Positions 60,110-64,000 of a DNA stretch of 64,000 nt are shown here, in pieces. Source of the stretch: Candidatus Gottesmanbacteria bacterium (GTDB lineage: Bacteria; Patescibacteriota; Microgenomatia; UBA10105; UBA927). Under the pieces are notes generated by a model. The model saw only the letters and a list, made by a program, of their open reading frames with translations, was not told where the DNA came from and did not search any database. The translations under genes were made by a program, and so were the position numbers. The stretch lies in NCBI GenBank assembly GCA_963711735.1, contig CAVQFA010000003.1, forward strand, positions 146,971 through 210,970, read 5' to 3'. The first letter of the stretch is position 1; the number at the start of each line of letters is the position of its first letter.

Positions 60110-60598
60110 ATGATTACCTGTACATTTGAAAAAGCCCTGCCTGATGGACGTGGACGATCTGCACATCTGCGCCATGTAGTAGTCCACGCAATTGTAGAGA
60201 GGGACGATTCCCTGCTTTTGGTTAAGCGTGCAGATCACTTATTGGAGGGCGGGAAGTGGTCACTGCCTGCAGGATTTTTAGATCGGGATGAAACCGCTGC
60301 CGAGTGTGCCCTCCGAGAGCTTAGGGAGGAAACAGGATGGGAAGGGGAGATTATCAAGCTGTTTCGAATAAATACAAATCCGAACCGACCGCATGAAGAC
60401 AGGCAAAACGTAGCATTTGAATACCTGATTAAACCCACACGTCAGTCCGGCGTACCGGACAACGAATCCTCAAAAATCGAATGGATTCCCATAAATAAAC
60501 TTCTGCCGTTTGACGAATTTGCGTTTGACCACGGAGAAAGTATCCGGTTATTCCTCAAATACCTGAAAAATCCCTCCGGCTATCCCATCATAGAATAA
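60110..60598 (+). CDS. Nudix hydrolase
   Basis: Nudix box GFLDRDETAAECALRELREETG, AFDH. Confidence 0.9.
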   Translation: MITCTFEKALPDGRGRSAHLRHVVVHAIVERDDSLLLVKRADHLLEGGKWSLPAGFLDRDETAAECALRELREETGWEGEIIKLFRINTNPNRPHEDRQNVAFEYLIKPTRQSGVPDNESSKIEWIPINKLLPFDEFAFDHGESIRLFLKYLKNPSGYPIIE

Positions 60599-60605
60599 GC
60601 TCTGT

Positions 60606-61694
60606 TTACTCGAGATAATCGCGGAGTCTTTTGCTGCGGCTGGGGTGCCTGAGTTTTCTCAAAGCCTTCGCTTCTATCTGGCGGATACGTTCCCGGGTAA
60701 CACCGAAAAGCGCACCGACTTCCTCCAGTGTCCGCGGACGTCCGTCTTCAAGCCCGAAACGGAGTATAAGTACCTTCTTCTCCCTGTCAGAGAGTGTGGC
60801 AAGCACTTCCTCCATGTGTTCTTTGAGAAGCTGACGGCTGGTCTGGTCAAACGGCGACGGTCCCTGGTCGGATATAAAGTCACCGAGATGCGAATCTTCC
60901 TCATCTCCGACGGGAGTTTCGAGACTCGTAGGTTCCTGGGATACTTTCATAATCTCCCGGACTTTGGTTGTGTCCACTTCCATGATTTTGGCGATTTCCT
61001 CCGGCTGCGGTTCGCGTCCAAGATCCTGCATGAGCCGGCGGGAAGCCCGCGCAAACCTGTTGATCGTCTCTACCATATGAACCGGGATGCGGATTGTGCG
61101 TGCCTGATCGGCAATGGCGCGTGTGATTGCCTGGCGGATCCACCAGGTCGCGTATGTGGAAAATTTATATCCTTTCCGCCAATCGTATTTTTCTACAGCG
61201 CGGATGAGTCCCTGGTTTCCTTCCTGGATAAGGTCAAGGAGGCTCATTCCGCGGCCGATATACTTTTTTGCGATTGAGACGACGAGACGGAGATTGGATT
61301 CCGTCAGTTTCTTTTTTGCTTTTTTGTCACCCTTTTCGTACCGTTTCGCGAGAGAAATTTCATCGGCGAAAGTGAGAAGCGGAATTCTTCCTATTTCTTT
61401 GAGGTACATCCGCACCGGATCAGATACACCTTCGGAGCTTGCCTTTACGAGAGCTTCTATTTCTTTTTCAAGATCCGCAATGCTTTTGGATGCTTCCCGT
61501 TCTTCATCCTGGGATGTGGTTTCAAACACATCGATATTCGCACGGATGAGTTTGTTATAGAGCTCGTCGAGATCCTTGATGCGGTCTTCGGGTTTGGGGT
61601 AGAGGTAGAGGATGTCATCCTGTGTAACAAATCCGTTGCTTTTTCCTTCCTTGAGAAGATCGGAAGCAGATGTGATCGTGCGCATTTTAGCCAT
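60606..61694 (-). CDS. rpoD: Primary sigma factor RpoD
   Basis: [52 protein letters not shown]. Confidence 0.98.
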   Translation of the reverse strand: MAKMRTITSASDLLKEGKSNGFVTQDDILYLYPKPEDRIKDLDELYNKLIRANIDVFETTSQDEEREASKSIADLEKEIEALVKASSEGVSDPVRMYLKEIGRIPLLTFADEISLAKRYEKGDKKAKKKLTESNLRLVVSIAKKYIGRGMSLLDLIQEGNQGLIRAVEKYDWRKGYKFSTYATWWIRQAITRAIADQARTIRIPVHMVETINRFARASRRLMQDLGREPQPEEIAKIMEVDTTKVREIMKVSQEPTSLETPVGDEEDSHLGDFISDQGPSPFDQTSRQLLKEHMEEVLATLSDREKKVLILRFGLEDGRPRTLEEVGALFGVTRERIRQIEAKALRKLRHPSRSKRLRDYLE

Positions 61695-61803
61695 ATATGT
61701 AACCGTAAACCTTCGCCTGTATCCGCGTATATGTCAGTTTTTTCTAAAACAAACATATCGCATATCAAACAAACGGTTTCGCTTGATACGTGCCGAAATT
61801 ATA

Positions 61804-63609
61804 TCAGATTGAGGTGGTCTTTTCCAAGACCCGAAGTTCTTCCGTGAGTTTTGCAAGTTCCCCCTGGGATGACTGACCGTTTTCAGCCTCATTACCGCTC
61901 TGTTTTGCGGTATCACCGGTGTCGTTTGTGAGGTCACGGATTTTTTTCCGGATGACGTATTTGCGCAGTTCTTTCACTGTTTGAATCCACGCACGGGCAG
62001 TAGCCTCATCATTCTCCGTGTCAGACAGGTCCGTGAGAAACGCCTCATCAAAAACGGGGATAAGCTCTTTCGGAAGGCTGTCGGCAAACGTTGTTGCAGT
62101 AAACACATCCTTGGACGACAGGTGGGCGCTGAGTGCTTCCAGAATCCGCCGGATGGCCGGATGTGAAAATTCCGCAATACCAAACGATTCCTGAAGATCC
62201 TCAAAAAACTCTTTGGTTTTTGTCTGGAGTATATATGCAAGAATAAGAAGTTCAAGCTGTTCCTGCTGATTTTTCTGCGGCTTTTGATCTTCAGCCTCTT
62301 TATCGTCAGTTTTGCGCGGATACTCTGTTTTTGACGTACGTGCGGATTTCTTCATCGCATCATTGATGGTCGTCTCTGAAACATCGAGCACTTTTGCCAG
62401 TTTTTTCAGGTAATGTGACTGTACAACCGGATTGTCGATATCGGAGATAACCGGCAGAAGTTCGTCACCCACCTTTTTTTTGCCGTATGCGCTTGCAACA
62501 TCGTATCTGCGGAGTGCCGAGTGCAGGAAATAATCGTATATGGGTATGGCAGTTTGTATAGCCTTTTTAAAAACCGAGGGGCTTTCGCGGACCGCTTCAT
62601 CAGGATCCTTACCCCCCGGAATTTCTATAACCGAAAGATCCAACCCTTCATTTCCAGCAATGGCAATTCCCCGGCGGGACGCTGCATCGCCTGCAATGTC
62701 CGCGTCGAGAGCAAAAATGACTTTTTCGGCAAAGCGTTTGAGAAGCTGGACATGCTGCTCGGTGAGCGCAGATCCTTTTATGGCAACCGCATTGGTGATT
62801 CCCGCCTGGAATGACGATATGACGTCAAATTCTCCTTCCATGACAATGGCCGTATTTTCTTTTTGAATTGAAGCTTTTGCAACATCAAGCCCGAACAGCA
62901 TATGTCCTTTGGTATAGAGCGGTGTTTCCGGAGAGTTGATGTACTTTGCCTCTTTTGCCTTCGGGTCCAGAAGCCTGCCGGAAAAACCGATGGTTCTTCC
63001 CCTGTGGTCGCGGAGAGCAAACATGATCCGTCCGCGGAAACGGTCATACCCGCCGCGTGCTGACGGGATAATAAGACCGGACTGAGAGAGAAACGTTTCG
63101 TCGTATCCTTTTTTCCGTAAAAACCTGAGAAGCCCGTCCCAGCTGTTTGGACTGTATCCGACCATGTATGTTTTTGCTGTTTTGTCCGACACGCCGCGTG
63201 AGGAGAGGTATTCGCGCGCTTTTTCACCAAGCGGGTGGGAGGTCAGGAGAAAGTGGTAGTACTCCGAAGCCAAATGATGCGCTTCAAGCATGCGCTCCTT
63301 AGTCTTTGCCTCCGGCGTATCACCGCTTCGCCGTTCGAGTTTCACTCCGGTTTTTTCAGCCAGTGTTTCGAGCGCTTCCATGAAATCCACATGTTCATAC
63401 TCCATCACCCAGTCAATGGCAGTGCCTCCCTTGCCGCATCCGAAGCAGTGAAACGTTCCCCGCTCGGGAGAGACGATAAACGACGGCGTTTTTTCGCTGT
63501 GGAACGGGCAGAGTGCTTTATATGTCCGTCCGGCTTTTTTAAGCTTTACGCGCGCACTGATAAGGTCGACTATGTTTATCCGTGCCTTGATTTCATCTAT
63601 GTCACTCAT
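61804..63609 (-). CDS. dnaG: DNA primase
   Basis: CPFHSEKTPSF, HCFGC, KYINSPET, EGEFDV, DADIAG, KDPDE. Confidence 0.97.
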   Translation of the reverse strand: MSDIDEIKARINIVDLISARVKLKKAGRTYKALCPFHSEKTPSFIVSPERGTFHCFGCGKGGTAIDWVMEYEHVDFMEALETLAEKTGVKLERRSGDTPEAKTKERMLEAHHLASEYYHFLLTSHPLGEKAREYLSSRGVSDKTAKTYMVGYSPNSWDGLLRFLRKKGYDETFLSQSGLIIPSARGGYDRFRGRIMFALRDHRGRTIGFSGRLLDPKAKEAKYINSPETPLYTKGHMLFGLDVAKASIQKENTAIVMEGEFDVISSFQAGITNAVAIKGSALTEQHVQLLKRFAEKVIFALDADIAGDAASRRGIAIAGNEGLDLSVIEIPGGKDPDEAVRESPSVFKKAIQTAIPIYDYFLHSALRRYDVASAYGKKKVGDELLPVISDIDNPVVQSHYLKKLAKVLDVSETTINDAMKKSARTSKTEYPRKTDDKEAEDQKPQKNQQEQLELLILAYILQTKTKEFFEDLQESFGIAEFSHPAIRRILEALSAHLSSKDVFTATTFADSLPKELIPVFDEAFLTDLSDTENDEATARAWIQTVKELRKYVIRKKIRDLTNDTGDTAKQSGNEAENGQSSQGELAKLTEELRVLEKTTSI

Positions 63610-63666
63610 AACACCCGAAGGATACCACATAGGGAAGGGAAAATCGAAGGTGGGGAGAACTCTTTA

Positions 63667-63999
63667 TTATTCGGCCGGTGCCGTACCGTAGATGATCACC
63701 CGCGTGCCTGGATTGTCCTTGTTTGTCCGGACCGACGGTTTGCCGTCCAGATCCGGTTGAGTCCAGTAATAGATTTTTTCCGCCTCTTCTGTTTTCATAT
63801 TGATACACCCGTGGCTCATGGGGTGTCCGAAGTTGCTGTGCCAGTATGTGCCATGGATGCCGTACCCGCGCCAGGTAGGAATTTCATTATTGGAAAAAAA
63901 CATGGTGTACGGAACGTTCGGGAGATTGTAGTACGTACCCCATGCTTTATTTCCCCCGGTCATTCTCGTATACCGGAGTTTTATCCAGATGGTAAACTC
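63667..63999 (-). CDS. L,D-transpeptidase (YkuD domain), 5' end outside the window
   Basis: YGIHGTYWHSNFGHPMSHGCINM. Confidence 0.9.
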   Translation of the reverse strand, partial: EFTIWIKLRYTRMTGGNKAWGTYYNLPNVPYTMFFSNNEIPTWRGYGIHGTYWHSNFGHPMSHGCINMKTEEAEKIYYWTQPDLDGKPSVRTNKDNPGTRVIIYGTAPAE

Positions 64000-64000
64000 A

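Overview
Chromosomal window from a reduced-genome bacterium, inferred from gene content to be Patescibacteria/CPR (Microgenomates-like). It contains the replication origin (dnaA-oriC-dnaN, with DnaA boxes and DnaA-trios) embedded in a CPR-type T4SS-like locus (two VirD4-like ATPases, VirB4, PrgI, a VirB6-like protein, an M23 peptidase and 8 VirB2/TrbC-like pilins). Also present: nadD-nadE; an ECF-sigma-led upper mevalonate operon (HMGR, HMGS, thiolase, DUF35, idi, uppS); smpB-ssrA; 7 intact tRNAs (Ser GCT/TGA/ACT/CGA/GGA, Arg GCG/CCG); a nucleotide-sanitation cluster; and dnaG-rpoD. The most striking element is at 51352-51623, where an intact tRNA-Ser(CGA) is nested inside a second tRNA-Ser-like shell whose anticodon loop is split by two long hairpins. 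Other notable points are an A34 tRNA-Ser(ACT), a tmRNA with a 32-codon tag, tRNA-linked palindromic repeats and many apparently leaderless genes. Several genes carry small frameshifts that may be assembly errors. All calls come from reading the sequence; no searches were run.
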